DNA from: Candidatus Latescibacterota bacterium
Lineage (GTDB): Bacteria > Latescibacterota > UBA2968
Direction of reading: 5' to 3'
Length of the DNA stretch: 64,000 nt
Assembly: GCA_965222605.1 (NCBI GenBank)
Contig: OZ244960.1
Span: 928,001-992,000 of the forward strand
The notes beneath the pieces are model-generated. The model was not told the origin of the DNA. It did no database searches and saw nothing but the letters and a program-made list of their open reading frames with translations. A program made the position numbers and the translations under genes. Below are positions 26,084-35,858 of the stretch, in pieces (position 1 is the stretch's first letter; the number at the start of each line of letters is the position of its first letter).

Positions 26084-28315
26084 ATGACAGGCATAAAATT
26101 ATACGCAACCAAATGCGGCATAGTTCAAAGCCTATTTGTTTTTGTGTTGTGTTTCGGTTTTGTCTTGTTTAGCACGCTTCCTTCTTTTGCAACACAGAGA
26201 CCCCGGGTCGCACTTGTGCTCAGTGGGGGAGGCGCGCGTGGAGGGGCACATATCGGCGTGTTGCGCGTGCTCGAGCGCGAAGGTGTACCCATTGATTTGA
26301 TTGTGGGCGTGAGTTATGGCGCTCTGGTGGGAGGACTGTACGCTGCCGGATACTCTGTTGATAATGTCGAACGCATTATTGTAGAAACAGACTGGTGGGA
26401 AATAACCAACAATAGCCCCGACCGCCATCTGTCGAATTTGAATCGCAAACCAATGGCTGATCGTCAGATGCTTGCATTGCGCCTCGATAAATTTGATCTA
26501 AAATTTCCTTATGGGATTTTTGCCGGGCAAAAGATCCAGCATTTTCTCAATCAATTGACCCTTGGCGCAACTTATCGGGCGCGAAACGATTTTGATCGGC
26601 TTCCAACGCCTTTTCGCGCAATTGCAACAGATATTTTATCTGGAGAACAGGTCGTGCTTAAAAATGGCTCGCTCGGCACGGCAATCAGAGCGAGTATTTC
26701 TGTTCCCGGGGTATTTGCGCCGATAAGTACAGAACAAACCCATCTCGTAGATGGCGGCATTGTCAATAATCTGCCTGTAGATGTTGCATTAGACGCTGGC
26801 GCTGATTTTGTTATTGCCGTGGATTGTGCTACGCCTTTGCGCACTCAAAAGCACGAAATTGAAGATATTATCGACGTCATCGATCAAGCCGTTAGTTTTC
26901 GAATTGAAGAAAAAAAAATCGCAAATCGAAAACGCGCCCATGTGTTGATAATGCCCGATTTAAAAAAATTTGATGGAGGCGATTTTAATCTGTCATATAC
27001 CTTGATTCCAATTGGCGAAAAAGAAACCGAAAAACATCTGGATGCGATCTGGAAGGCTCTGCAAACACTCGGAATTTCAAAGCCCATTGGAAAGTCAAGA
27101 TCGTCGATATTGCCAGATGAGTTTGATCTTAGAACCTGGGCGAATATACCATCGGATATTGTGATTGACCGGGTTCGGATTGAGGGTTTAGAGCGCTACT
27201 CACAAAAGGCATTTACATCGCAGTTGGAAAAGTTCATCAATAAGCCTATATCGTTTCGGGAACTGGAACGCGAATCTGGCCGGTTCCATGCGACCGGATT
27301 GTTTCAAACGGTGGATTACCAAATTGTCTATCATGAAGACTATACCGAATTGGTTTTTCAGGTGCTTGAAAACCCCCCCAGTGAATTGAAAATAGGACTT
27401 CATTACGACAATGATTTTCGGGTTTCGGCACTGTGCGAGTTTACACATCAAAATGCTTATGGCCGCGTATCAGAGTTTTATTTTCGCGGCCTGTTGGGCA
27501 ATTTGAATTTTGCTGAAATGAATTTAATTTTTCGCTCATCTAAGGCCCTGGGTTTCCTCGGAGAGATTCAAGGTTGGAATCAAGAACGGTTGTATTTTCA
27601 AAATGGGCAACGCCAGGACACGTATAATGAGAAACGTTTTCGCACGCGATTGGGCATACAGGTTTTGTTCCACAGTTGGGGAGGTTTCAAAGTGGGATAT
27701 CAAGTTGAGCATGTCCGCATTCGCGATGCGGATCGTTCAATAGGCAATGCGTCTAAATATCTACCCGGCTTCTGGTTATCTGCAGGTATTGACACCCGAG
27801 ACGATGCGTTTTTGACAAGACACGGCGTCTATTTTCAAACGCAAGCAAAATGGGTTCATCGGACATTTTCACATAAGCAGGTGCAAACAAAACTCGCGTA
27901 CTTCGCCAGTCCCCATCCGCAATTGAGTGTGGGCCTCTGGTCTCAGGGAGGCTATATGACACAGTCTGCACCGATTTATGAACACTTCGCATTAGGTGGT
28001 GCAGGACACTTTAGTAACGCAGCATTGCGCGTTGTCGGTCTCAAACGCGACGAACTGAGAGTTCCCAGGTTCGTATCGGCGGGCATTTCTATTTGGAGCC
28101 ACAAGAAATTTTGGGGATCCATACCGCTCAGTGCTGTCGGAATTTTCTATCAGGGCGGTCTGTACAACAATCCGAATCGGTCAAATACCCGTATCCACGG
28201 TTTTGGTATTGGTGGTTATATCAGCACAACGTTTTTAGGCCCCATTCGCATTGATATTGTGAGCACAGAAAAAAAAGATATCCAGATTTATACCTCAGTC
28301 GGATATGCGTTTTGA
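26084..28315 (+). CDS. Patatin-POTRA-Omp85 barrel fusion (PlpD-like, type Vd)
   Basis: LSGGGARG, GVSYG (GxSxG) and DGG patatin motifs, one POTRA-like segment, barrel ending VGYAF. Confidence 0.9.
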   Translation: MTGIKLYATKCGIVQSLFVFVLCFGFVLFSTLPSFATQRPRVALVLSGGGARGGAHIGVLRVLEREGVPIDLIVGVSYGALVGGLYAAGYSVDNVERIIVETDWWEITNNSPDRHLSNLNRKPMADRQMLALRLDKFDLKFPYGIFAGQKIQHFLNQLTLGATYRARNDFDRLPTPFRAIATDILSGEQVVLKNGSLGTAIRASISVPGVFAPISTEQTHLVDGGIVNNLPVDVALDAGADFVIAVDCATPLRTQKHEIEDIIDVIDQAVSFRIEEKKIANRKRAHVLIMPDLKKFDGGDFNLSYTLIPIGEKETEKHLDAIWKALQTLGISKPIGKSRSSILPDEFDLRTWANIPSDIVIDRVRIEGLERYSQKAFTSQLEKFINKPISFRELERESGRFHATGLFQTVDYQIVYHEDYTELVFQVLENPPSELKIGLHYDNDFRVSALCEFTHQNAYGRVSEFYFRGLLGNLNFAEMNLIFRSSKALGFLGEIQGWNQERLYFQNGQRQDTYNEKRFRTRLGIQVLFHSWGGFKVGYQVEHVRIRDADRSIGNASKYLPGFWLSAGIDTRDDAFLTRHGVYFQTQAKWVHRTFSHKQVQTKLAYFASPHPQLSVGLWSQGGYMTQSAPIYEHFALGGAGHFSNAALRVVGLKRDELRVPRFVSAGISIWSHKKFWGSIPLSAVGIFYQGGLYNNPNRSNTRIHGFGIGGYISTTFLGPIRIDIVSTEKKDIQIYTSVGYAF

Positions 28316-28387
28316 TGCGTTAGAAAATTTTTGATCCATCCGTCCAGCGTCAGGTTATCCAAATCACCCTGAAACGAAGGGACAAAC

Positions 28388-31099
28388 ATGATATTTTCCA
28401 AAGGGAACGCTATTGTACTCTTATTGGTGTTCGCTTTTTCTGTTCCGATAGAATCCACACCTGATGAGGATTCCCCTGCTCCAGGATACAGGATTCACCG
28501 ATCTATTCCTCCGCAGGGTGCCAGGACCCACATGGTGATTCCAGGGGAAAGATTCCGGGCTGGCGGGTTCAAACGCTGGTTCTACGGCAGCAATTACCGG
28601 GACCTCTGGACCACCCCTATCGAGGTTGCGGTCCTCGACCTCGACAGCGTAGGAGGTGGCTTGACGCCGCTTCGCACCGGCGGATTCGGACAGTCCATCT
28701 CGCTTCACTTTACAGGAGAAGACGGTCGCCGATATACGGTCCGCTCCCTGGATAAAGATCCCACCAAAAGAATATGGGACGAACTCAAGGATACCATTGT
28801 CGATGACGTCCTTCAGGACTTGATCAGCGCGCTTCTGCCAACAGGGGCACTCGTGGCTGATCCGCTGATGGAAGCCACGGGTATCCTCCATTCCAAGCAC
28901 ACGCTCGTAGTCATTCCAGATGATCCGAAGCTGGGAGAATACCGCGAAGAGTTTGCCGGCCTTATCGGAACGCTGCAAGAACACCCTTCTGAAGGGCCGG
29001 ACGATACGCCTGGCTTTGCGGGTTCCCGAAAGGTCAGCGGAACCGAGAGGCTGTGGGAACACCTTGAAGAAAGTCCTTGCAACCGCGTCAATGCCCGAGC
29101 CTATCTAAAAGCGAAACTGATGGATTTTCTCATCGGTGACAAGGACCGCCATTACGGTCAGTGGAGATGGGCGCGATTTCCCGATGGCGATTGTCATACC
29201 TATCTTACAATACCCGAGGACCGCGACCAGGCTTTTATCGGCTTCAAGGGATTTGCTATGGCAGTGGCGCGCAAAAGGCTCCCCAGGCAAATCGAGTTCG
29301 GAGACAAGTATCCGAGTTTGGTTGGCCTATCCACTACTGGTTGGGAGATGGACCGCGAATTTCTGGTCGAACTCGATAAGACCGCGTGGGATTCGGTAGT
29401 AACAGTGTTTCGCAGGGACCTGCCAGATTCGGTCATTGAGGATGCCGTGCGGAAGCTCCCACCACCGTATTACAAGATGATTGGGGAAGCTCTTACAGAA
29501 GCCCTCAAATCGAGGCGGGACGCATTGCCAGAATTTGTCAGCAGATACTATGAATTGATTACTCGCCAGATCGAAATCCAGGCGACCGATAAGGACGAGT
29601 ACGTCCAGTGTGAACACATGCCGAGCGGTGATCTCGCAGTCCGTATCGGTCTGATAGAAGGCACTGGTGAAGAAAGAAAGACGCCCTATTTCCAGAGGAC
29701 GTTCCACCCCCAGGAAACCCGGGCAGTCCGAATATATCTTCGGGGCGGGGATGACCGTGCGGAAATATCGGGAACAAAGGGACAGATTGTCGTTCGCATT
29801 GATGGCGGCGGTGGAGATGACACGCTCACAAACTCATCCGATGCATCAAAGACCCGGTTTTATGATTCTCGTGGAAAAAATCGGTTCGCCAAAGGCAAGG
29901 GAGCAAAAATCGACGAGAGACCCTACAAGCGTCCTCCCGCACGGATTCTCCGTGCAAGGTATGCACTGGACTGGGGCATGCAGGCTATTACTGCTCCGAT
30001 TCTCAGGGTAAATCCAGATATGGATATATTCGTGGGGGCGACCTACCATCGGCAGCATTTCGGCTATCGAAAAGACCCTTTCTCTTCGCAACATTTTTTT
30101 AAGGTCGGGCTGGCGAAAGACAATGATCTCAAGGGAATCAAGCCTTTTGCTTCCTATACCGGAAACTTTCGCCAACTAATGCGCGACCTCGACGCAAAAA
30201 TCTACTTAGAGTACTCCGGAATCCAGACAATCCGGTTCAACGGATTCGGTAACAGAACGGAGATTCCGCGTCCGTCTTCCTTTTATAAGGTGGAACAAAA
30301 TCATTTCGTTTTCGCACCGGCCCTCGAGTTTCGAGCGGGAGAACAGGAAGGAGATATGCCTCATGTTGGTATGGGGTCGCTCCGCTCGAAATTAACCATT
30401 GACTTTGGGCCGATTATCAAGTATTCAAACACACCACTCAGTTCCAATAGGGAAAAATTTATCGGTTCGCTCGATTCTCCACTTTACGGTACGGGTTCCT
30501 TCGGTCAGGTAGGCGCACTGGGTGAAATCAGTTACGACACGCGTAACAGTTTAGGGTATCCCACTCGTGGGATTTGGGTCAGGTTTGCCGGAGCCATCTA
30601 TCCGGAAGTCTGGAATGTGCAATCGACCTTTGGCAGTATAGATGGGGCAGCCAGTACTTACTTGACTGCCCCTATTCCGACTACCCCGACCCTTGCCTTA
30701 AGAGCGGGTGGCAAGAAGGTGTGGGGGACCTTTCCCTTCCACGAAAGTGCCTTTCTGGGCGGGTCCGGTTTTGTCGGTAGTGGCATATTCAGTGGCAATT
30801 TGCGTGGTTTCCGGAAAAACCGGTTCGCTGGAGATACCTCGATATATGGAAATTCCGAACTGCGGCTGGTTCTGACCAAAATCAAGCTTTTGGTGTCGGG
30901 AGAGTTGGGCGTGTTCGGTGCGGCTGATGCCGGACGGGTGATTTATGACAAAGATCCTGACAATGCTGATAAATGGCACACCAGTATCGGTGGTGGATTC
31001 TGGCTGTCTTTCCTCCAGCGCCAACAGACCTTGAGCGTGGCAGTCGTAAAAGGCGATGACTTGACGGGCGTATATCTGCGCGCTGGTTTTATGTTTTAG
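28388..31099 (+). CDS. Omp85/BamA-family barrel with N-terminal PI3/4-kinase-like (atypical kinase) domain
   Basis: GGFGQS..YTVRSLDKD, DFLIGDKDRHYGQWRW, IPEDRDQAF. NLRGFRKNRFAG loop-6 motif and C-terminal GFMF. Confidence 0.75.
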   Translation: MIFSKGNAIVLLLVFAFSVPIESTPDEDSPAPGYRIHRSIPPQGARTHMVIPGERFRAGGFKRWFYGSNYRDLWTTPIEVAVLDLDSVGGGLTPLRTGGFGQSISLHFTGEDGRRYTVRSLDKDPTKRIWDELKDTIVDDVLQDLISALLPTGALVADPLMEATGILHSKHTLVVIPDDPKLGEYREEFAGLIGTLQEHPSEGPDDTPGFAGSRKVSGTERLWEHLEESPCNRVNARAYLKAKLMDFLIGDKDRHYGQWRWARFPDGDCHTYLTIPEDRDQAFIGFKGFAMAVARKRLPRQIEFGDKYPSLVGLSTTGWEMDREFLVELDKTAWDSVVTVFRRDLPDSVIEDAVRKLPPPYYKMIGEALTEALKSRRDALPEFVSRYYELITRQIEIQATDKDEYVQCEHMPSGDLAVRIGLIEGTGEERKTPYFQRTFHPQETRAVRIYLRGGDDRAEISGTKGQIVVRIDGGGGDDTLTNSSDASKTRFYDSRGKNRFAKGKGAKIDERPYKRPPARILRARYALDWGMQAITAPILRVNPDMDIFVGATYHRQHFGYRKDPFSSQHFFKVGLAKDNDLKGIKPFASYTGNFRQLMRDLDAKIYLEYSGIQTIRFNGFGNRTEIPRPSSFYKVEQNHFVFAPALEFRAGEQEGDMPHVGMGSLRSKLTIDFGPIIKYSNTPLSSNREKFIGSLDSPLYGTGSFGQVGALGEISYDTRNSLGYPTRGIWVRFAGAIYPEVWNVQSTFGSIDGAASTYLTAPIPTTPTLALRAGGKKVWGTFPFHESAFLGGSGFVGSGIFSGNLRGFRKNRFAGDTSIYGNSELRLVLTKIKLLVSGELGVFGAADAGRVIYDKDPDNADKWHTSIGGGFWLSFLQRQQTLSVAVVKGDDLTGVYLRAGFMF

Positions 31100-31117
31100 A
31101 TAATAAAGGAGGATGCT

Positions 31118-32038
31118 ATGCTCAACAACATTATCATACGTCTCGCCATTTACTATATCACATGGCTTTTGATTCTCAATGCGATTTTTCACATCTTCCC
31201 CGAAATCCTCCATTACGTTGCCGAAGAGCGTGAACGCATATTCGTAGGAAAATCCCTTGGCTCCGGGACCGATGCGGCCATTCCACTTGGAAACATCAAA
31301 GAAGGGATAAACCGACTTGCCGATCCGGCACACACGATTCCAGTTGTGGTCGCTTTGGTACTGGCCTTCGGGGTTACCCTCCCACTTACCTGGGTATATG
31401 CCTGGACGCATCCGCCTAAGAACTACAGTCAAACCTTTGTACACACTCTGCTCGTGATACCTGTCGCCATCTCGCTGGTTGTTTTTTTGGTTAAGGGTAG
31501 TCTTGCCCTTGCGTTCAGCCTGGCGGGTATCGTGGCCGCCGTCAGCTTTCGGACCTCACTCAAAGAGACCATGGATGCCGTGTATCTGTTTATGGTCATC
31601 GGGATAGGGCTGGCGGCCGGTACCCAGCTTACGACTGTGGCCTACCTCGCATCGCTGGCTTTCGTCACCATAACACTGGGCGTGTGGAAAACCAATTATG
31701 GAGCGCAACCACCAGTACTATCCGGCTGGAGAATTGTTTCACCTGATCACTCGGACCAGGCCTCTGGAGCAAAGGCCATTACCACCGGGAATCCTTATAA
31801 TGCCCGGATAGAAGTACATACAACGAAGGTCAAAACAGCGCAAAAAGCAACAGCTCAAATCCTGAAATCCGGAACCAAACAGTGGCAGGTAGCAGATGTG
31901 ATCGAGAAAGAGGATGGAACGGCCATCGTTGTGTATGATGTTTCGTTAAAACAATCCGTCAATCTGTCTTCCCTTATCCGGGATATAGAAAAAAGCACAA
32001 AAAAACATATCCAAAACGCAACGCTGACAAGAGTTTAA
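31118..32038 (+). CDS. DUF4956-family membrane protein
   Basis: RBS AAGGAGG, several TM helices, and SLALAFSLAGIVAAVSFRTSLKETMDAVYLF..IGIGLAAG. Confidence 0.8.
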   Translation: MLNNIIIRLAIYYITWLLILNAIFHIFPEILHYVAEERERIFVGKSLGSGTDAAIPLGNIKEGINRLADPAHTIPVVVALVLAFGVTLPLTWVYAWTHPPKNYSQTFVHTLLVIPVAISLVVFLVKGSLALAFSLAGIVAAVSFRTSLKETMDAVYLFMVIGIGLAAGTQLTTVAYLASLAFVTITLGVWKTNYGAQPPVLSGWRIVSPDHSDQASGAKAITTGNPYNARIEVHTTKVKTAQKATAQILKSGTKQWQVADVIEKEDGTAIVVYDVSLKQSVNLSSLIRDIEKSTKKHIQNATLTRV

Positions 32039-32115
32039 AATTGAAGGTTGTAATCGGTATTCTCAAAGCCTTCCAATCACGTCAGGCAGGCACACTCATA
32101 ACGGTATAATTGCAA

Positions 32116-33210
32116 ATGAAGAATCACACAGATAAATTTATGCTGGGCTTCCTTGGTTTTGGCATTTTTCTCTACCTGTTGTCAATGGGCTATGGAGGGG
32201 ATCCATCTTCAGATTTTAGGGAAATTTCGTCAAACATAGTTTCAATTCCAGATACTTCAATCGTCCGCCCTTTGGCGGATACGATGGCTGTATTAGACTA
32301 TGAAGAGGATCTATCCTCAGATCTTAGTGGAAATCCATCAGACACAGATCCAGATACTTCGTTTTCAGATACTTCGATAGTCCTCCCTTTGGCGGACACG
32401 ATGGCGGTATTACAAAGAAAAATATCTCTCGAAAGCTATACACTAAACGAAGCGACCGCGACGCACTGGAAGCTACCCATGCATCTTGAGGAGATCTCCG
32501 GTTTGGCAATGACCAGAGACAACCGACTCCTGGCGCACAATGATGAAAAAGGGGTCATTTTCGAGATCGATTATCAGAAGGGGTCAATCGTAAAATCATT
32601 CCAACTATCGGACCTGAGGAATCCAGTTGCCAGTGATTTTGAGGGCATTGCACCAATTGACGACCAGATCTATTTGGTCACAAGTTCAGGGCGACTATAC
32701 GAGTGTCGTGAGGGAACTGCTGGCGAGTCCGTTCTCTTTAATGTCTATACGACTGGGGTCGGCAGAGATTGCGAAATAGAGGGCCTGGCGTATGACGAGA
32801 GCCAGCGGGCACTCTTACTGATGTGCAAGGACGCTCGCAGTGCAGACATGGAGGGAAAGTTGGCAGTATATCATTGGTCAATTGACGAGAAACAGCTAAT
32901 TAAAGATGCACATGCTATAATACCTGTCGTTGAATTCTCTCGGCACATCAAGGGAAAGAAATTTCAGCCTTCCGGAATTGAGCGACACCCTGTGTCGGGA
33001 AATTACTTTGTCGTAGCTGCTCGTCAGGGGGCTATTGCGGAAATTACGCCAGGTGGTCAGGTCGTTGCAGTCAGAGAGTTTCCTGCCCAATGGCATCGTC
33101 AGGTTGAAGGTATTACCTTCGCTGCGGACGGCACACTAATCGTTGCCGATGAAGGCGCGGGGAGGAAAGCGAGACTAACCCTTTACCCGATTTCGAGTAG
33201 TCGGCAATAA
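32116..33210 (+). CDS. SdiA-regulated/YjiK-like beta-propeller protein
   Basis: LEEISGLA, HNDEKG, DFEGIA, EIEGLAYD, FQPSGI, QVEGITF..DG.LIVADEG. N-terminal anchor followed by an acidic linker. Confidence 0.8.
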   Translation: MKNHTDKFMLGFLGFGIFLYLLSMGYGGDPSSDFREISSNIVSIPDTSIVRPLADTMAVLDYEEDLSSDLSGNPSDTDPDTSFSDTSIVLPLADTMAVLQRKISLESYTLNEATATHWKLPMHLEEISGLAMTRDNRLLAHNDEKGVIFEIDYQKGSIVKSFQLSDLRNPVASDFEGIAPIDDQIYLVTSSGRLYECREGTAGESVLFNVYTTGVGRDCEIEGLAYDESQRALLLMCKDARSADMEGKLAVYHWSIDEKQLIKDAHAIIPVVEFSRHIKGKKFQPSGIERHPVSGNYFVVAARQGAIAEITPGGQVVAVREFPAQWHRQVEGITFAADGTLIVADEGAGRKARLTLYPISSSRQ

Positions 33211-33229
33211 GAAAAAAATAGAACACACA

Positions 33230-34717
33230 ATGGCACATTCAAAACCCAATCTGCTCTACATCCACTCTGACCAGCACGACCCTTATGTGACGGGCTGTTA
33301 TGGCGACAAAGTCGTTCAAACCCCCCATCTCGACAGCCTCGCGGCAAATGGCGTTGTATTTGAAAACTGCTACTGCCCCTCACCGATATGCGTACCCTCG
33401 CGCATGTCCATGTTATCGGGGCGCTATCCCTTTGAAAACGAAGTGTGGACAAACGGGCACATACTCAACTCGAGCATTCCCACATTTGCCCATGCAATGG
33501 GCGCGGGAGGCTATGACCCCGTACTTGTCGGACGCATGCATTCCAATGGGCCAGATCAGCTACACGGATATGCCCAGCGCCTCGTAGGCGATCACGGACC
33601 CAATCATTCCGGTGGCGGCGGCGTCAACCACGGGATGCTCTCAGGCACAGCAGGTCCTGCCCGCGTCAGCCTGACGAAATCGGGTATTGGGCAAAGTGCG
33701 TATCAGGTACACGACGAAGACGTAACCGCAGCAACCGTTGCATACCTCGACCGCCTGGGCGTCAAAAAACGCGCCGGACAACCCGCAGAACCCTTCTCTC
33801 TAACCGTGGGCTTTATGCTGCCCCACCAGCCATTTGTCGCGCGCCGCGCCGACTACAACCGCTACGACGGCCGCGTACCACCCCCCGCCATCTCTGTCCC
33901 CTTCTCAGACGACCTGCATCCCCACATCAAATACTGGCGCGAACGCTGCGGCATTGCAACCGTCACAGAAGCCGAAATCCACCGCGCGCGCACGGCATAC
34001 TGGGCACTTGTGGATCGCATGGATCACATGATCGGACAAATCCTCACAGCCCTCCGCCAAAACGAATTGCTCGAAAACACCCTCATCATTTACATGTCAG
34101 ACCACGGCGAACAAGCCGGCGAACACGGCCTGTGGTGGAAACAAACCTTCTACGAACACTCCGCCAAAGTACCCGCCATTCTCTCCTGGCCCGGTCACTT
34201 GCCCGAAGGCAAACACTTTGACAACGTCATCTCTTCTCTCGATCTCAACGCCACCATGATCGACGCCCTGCAATGCCCCGAACTCCCCCATTCTCGCGGA
34301 CGGTCGCTCCTGCCCTTGATGCGCAGCGAAAACACATCCTGGGACAACCTCGCCTTCTCCGAATTTTGTCAGGACAGCGCAGGCGGCGGCGGACCCTTTT
34401 CGGCCGAAGGCGTGTACCAGCGCATGATCCGGCAGGACGAATGGAAATTCAATTACTACCACAATCAGCCCTGTCAGCTCTTCAACCTGAAAGAAGACCC
34501 CAACGAATTGCGCGACCGTGCAAACGACCCGTCCTGTCAAAGCCTGATCAAAAATTTCACCGCCCGCATCCTCGACGGCTGGAACCCCGACGCCATCGCA
34601 TCTGAAATCTCCGCCCGAAACAAAGACACCCGCATCCTCGCGACCTGGGCACGCCACACAAAACCCGCAGATACGATCCGCTGGGAATTGCGCCCCGAAA
34701 TGGATTATCTTGAGTAA
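33230..34717 (+). CDS. Formylglycine-dependent sulfatase (choline-sulfatase-like)
   Basis: PNLLYIHSDQH, CVPSR (CxPxR), GRMH, SDHGE, DPNELRD. Confidence 0.92.
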   Translation: MAHSKPNLLYIHSDQHDPYVTGCYGDKVVQTPHLDSLAANGVVFENCYCPSPICVPSRMSMLSGRYPFENEVWTNGHILNSSIPTFAHAMGAGGYDPVLVGRMHSNGPDQLHGYAQRLVGDHGPNHSGGGGVNHGMLSGTAGPARVSLTKSGIGQSAYQVHDEDVTAATVAYLDRLGVKKRAGQPAEPFSLTVGFMLPHQPFVARRADYNRYDGRVPPPAISVPFSDDLHPHIKYWRERCGIATVTEAEIHRARTAYWALVDRMDHMIGQILTALRQNELLENTLIIYMSDHGEQAGEHGLWWKQTFYEHSAKVPAILSWPGHLPEGKHFDNVISSLDLNATMIDALQCPELPHSRGRSLLPLMRSENTSWDNLAFSEFCQDSAGGGGPFSAEGVYQRMIRQDEWKFNYYHNQPCQLFNLKEDPNELRDRANDPSCQSLIKNFTARILDGWNPDAIASEISARNKDTRILATWARHTKPADTIRWELRPEMDYLE

Positions 34718-35858
34718 ACAAACCGAACTCACCAGACTCGATTTGGCCTGCTGGGGCGGGTTTATGATGTTTGCCACCAGCGGTGTTGTCACCCCAATAT
34801 GCCTGCCCGAAATATCCAGAACCCTGTCCATCTCCCTCTCTGAAAGCGGCGGTCTGGAAACCGCGCGAACATGTCTTTTGCTCGTCGTCTTAATCCTGTC
34901 CGGCATCCTCGCACGCAAATGGGGCAAAAAACATTTTGTCACCTGGGGGCAATATCTCCTCGCCATCGGCCTTCTCATGATCAGCTATGCCGACAGCTAC
35001 CCCATGCTCATCCTATCCCTCATGGTCACTGGCATTGGCGGTGGATTCACCGAAGCCCTCATCAATCCCCTGATCATGGACATTCATCCCAAAGACTCGG
35101 GCAAATACCTCAACATCACCAACGCCTTTTATCCCATCGGCGTCATGATCTCCGCACTCCTCTTTGGTGAACTTCTGACCCTCGGATATTCCTGGCGGCT
35201 CGTATTCCGCATTGCCGCAGCGGGCGCGCTTTTCATGGGCATCTTATTCCACCTATCGCGTTTTCCCAGACCCATAGCAGATCAGCAATCATCCAAACAC
35301 CTGATTGTACAAATTCTCAAAACGCCCAAATTCTGGCTCTTTGCCATCGCCATATTCTTGGGCGCAGGTGTCGAAGCGGCATTCATATTCTGGAGCCGCA
35401 GTTATGTGGAAATCTACCTGCAAGACATGCCCCGCGCCGGCGCAATCGCAGTCGTCGTCTTTGCGACCACAATGGCACTGGGCCGCTTGCTTTCCGCAAA
35501 ATTGTCTCAGATGATCCGCCTGAAAACCCTGATGCTCGGTTCCGCCATCCTCGGTGTCATCGTCAGTAGCGGCATTCCCTTCTCCGAAAACCTGATCGGA
35601 TTTTATATCCTGCTCCTTTTCGCCGGATTTGCAACCGCCTGCTTTTGGCCCACCATACTCGCCGAAGCCACAGAACACCTGTCCTTTGACACCACCATGC
35701 TCTTTGTCGTACTCGCCTGTTTTGGCATTGCCGGATTTGGCCTCATCCCCTGGATCATGGGCGTCATCGGAGACAGCGCTGGCCTAAAAGCGGGCTTCGC
35801 AGTCATCCCCGGTCTCTTTATCGGTCTGATCGTTGTTCTCGCCATCACAAGGCGTTAA
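34710..35858 (+). CDS. MFS transporter
   Basis: About 12 hydrophobic helices, GILARKWGKK motif-A-like loop. Start overlaps the sulfatase stop. Confidence 0.88.
   Translation: MSKQTELTRLDLACWGGFMMFATSGVVTPICLPEISRTLSISLSESGGLETARTCLLLVVLILSGILARKWGKKHFVTWGQYLLAIGLLMISYADSYPMLILSLMVTGIGGGFTEALINPLIMDIHPKDSGKYLNITNAFYPIGVMISALLFGELLTLGYSWRLVFRIAAAGALFMGILFHLSRFPRPIADQQSSKHLIVQILKTPKFWLFAIAIFLGAGVEAAFIFWSRSYVEIYLQDMPRAGAIAVVVFATTMALGRLLSAKLSQMIRLKTLMLGSAILGVIVSSGIPFSENLIGFYILLLFAGFATACFWPTILAEATEHLSFDTTMLFVVLACFGIAGFGLIPWIMGVIGDSAGLKAGFAVIPGLFIGLIVVLAITRR

Noticed and set aside
34097-34978. 293-aa minus-strand ORF
   Set aside because: Antisense to the well-supported sulfatase and MFS genes.
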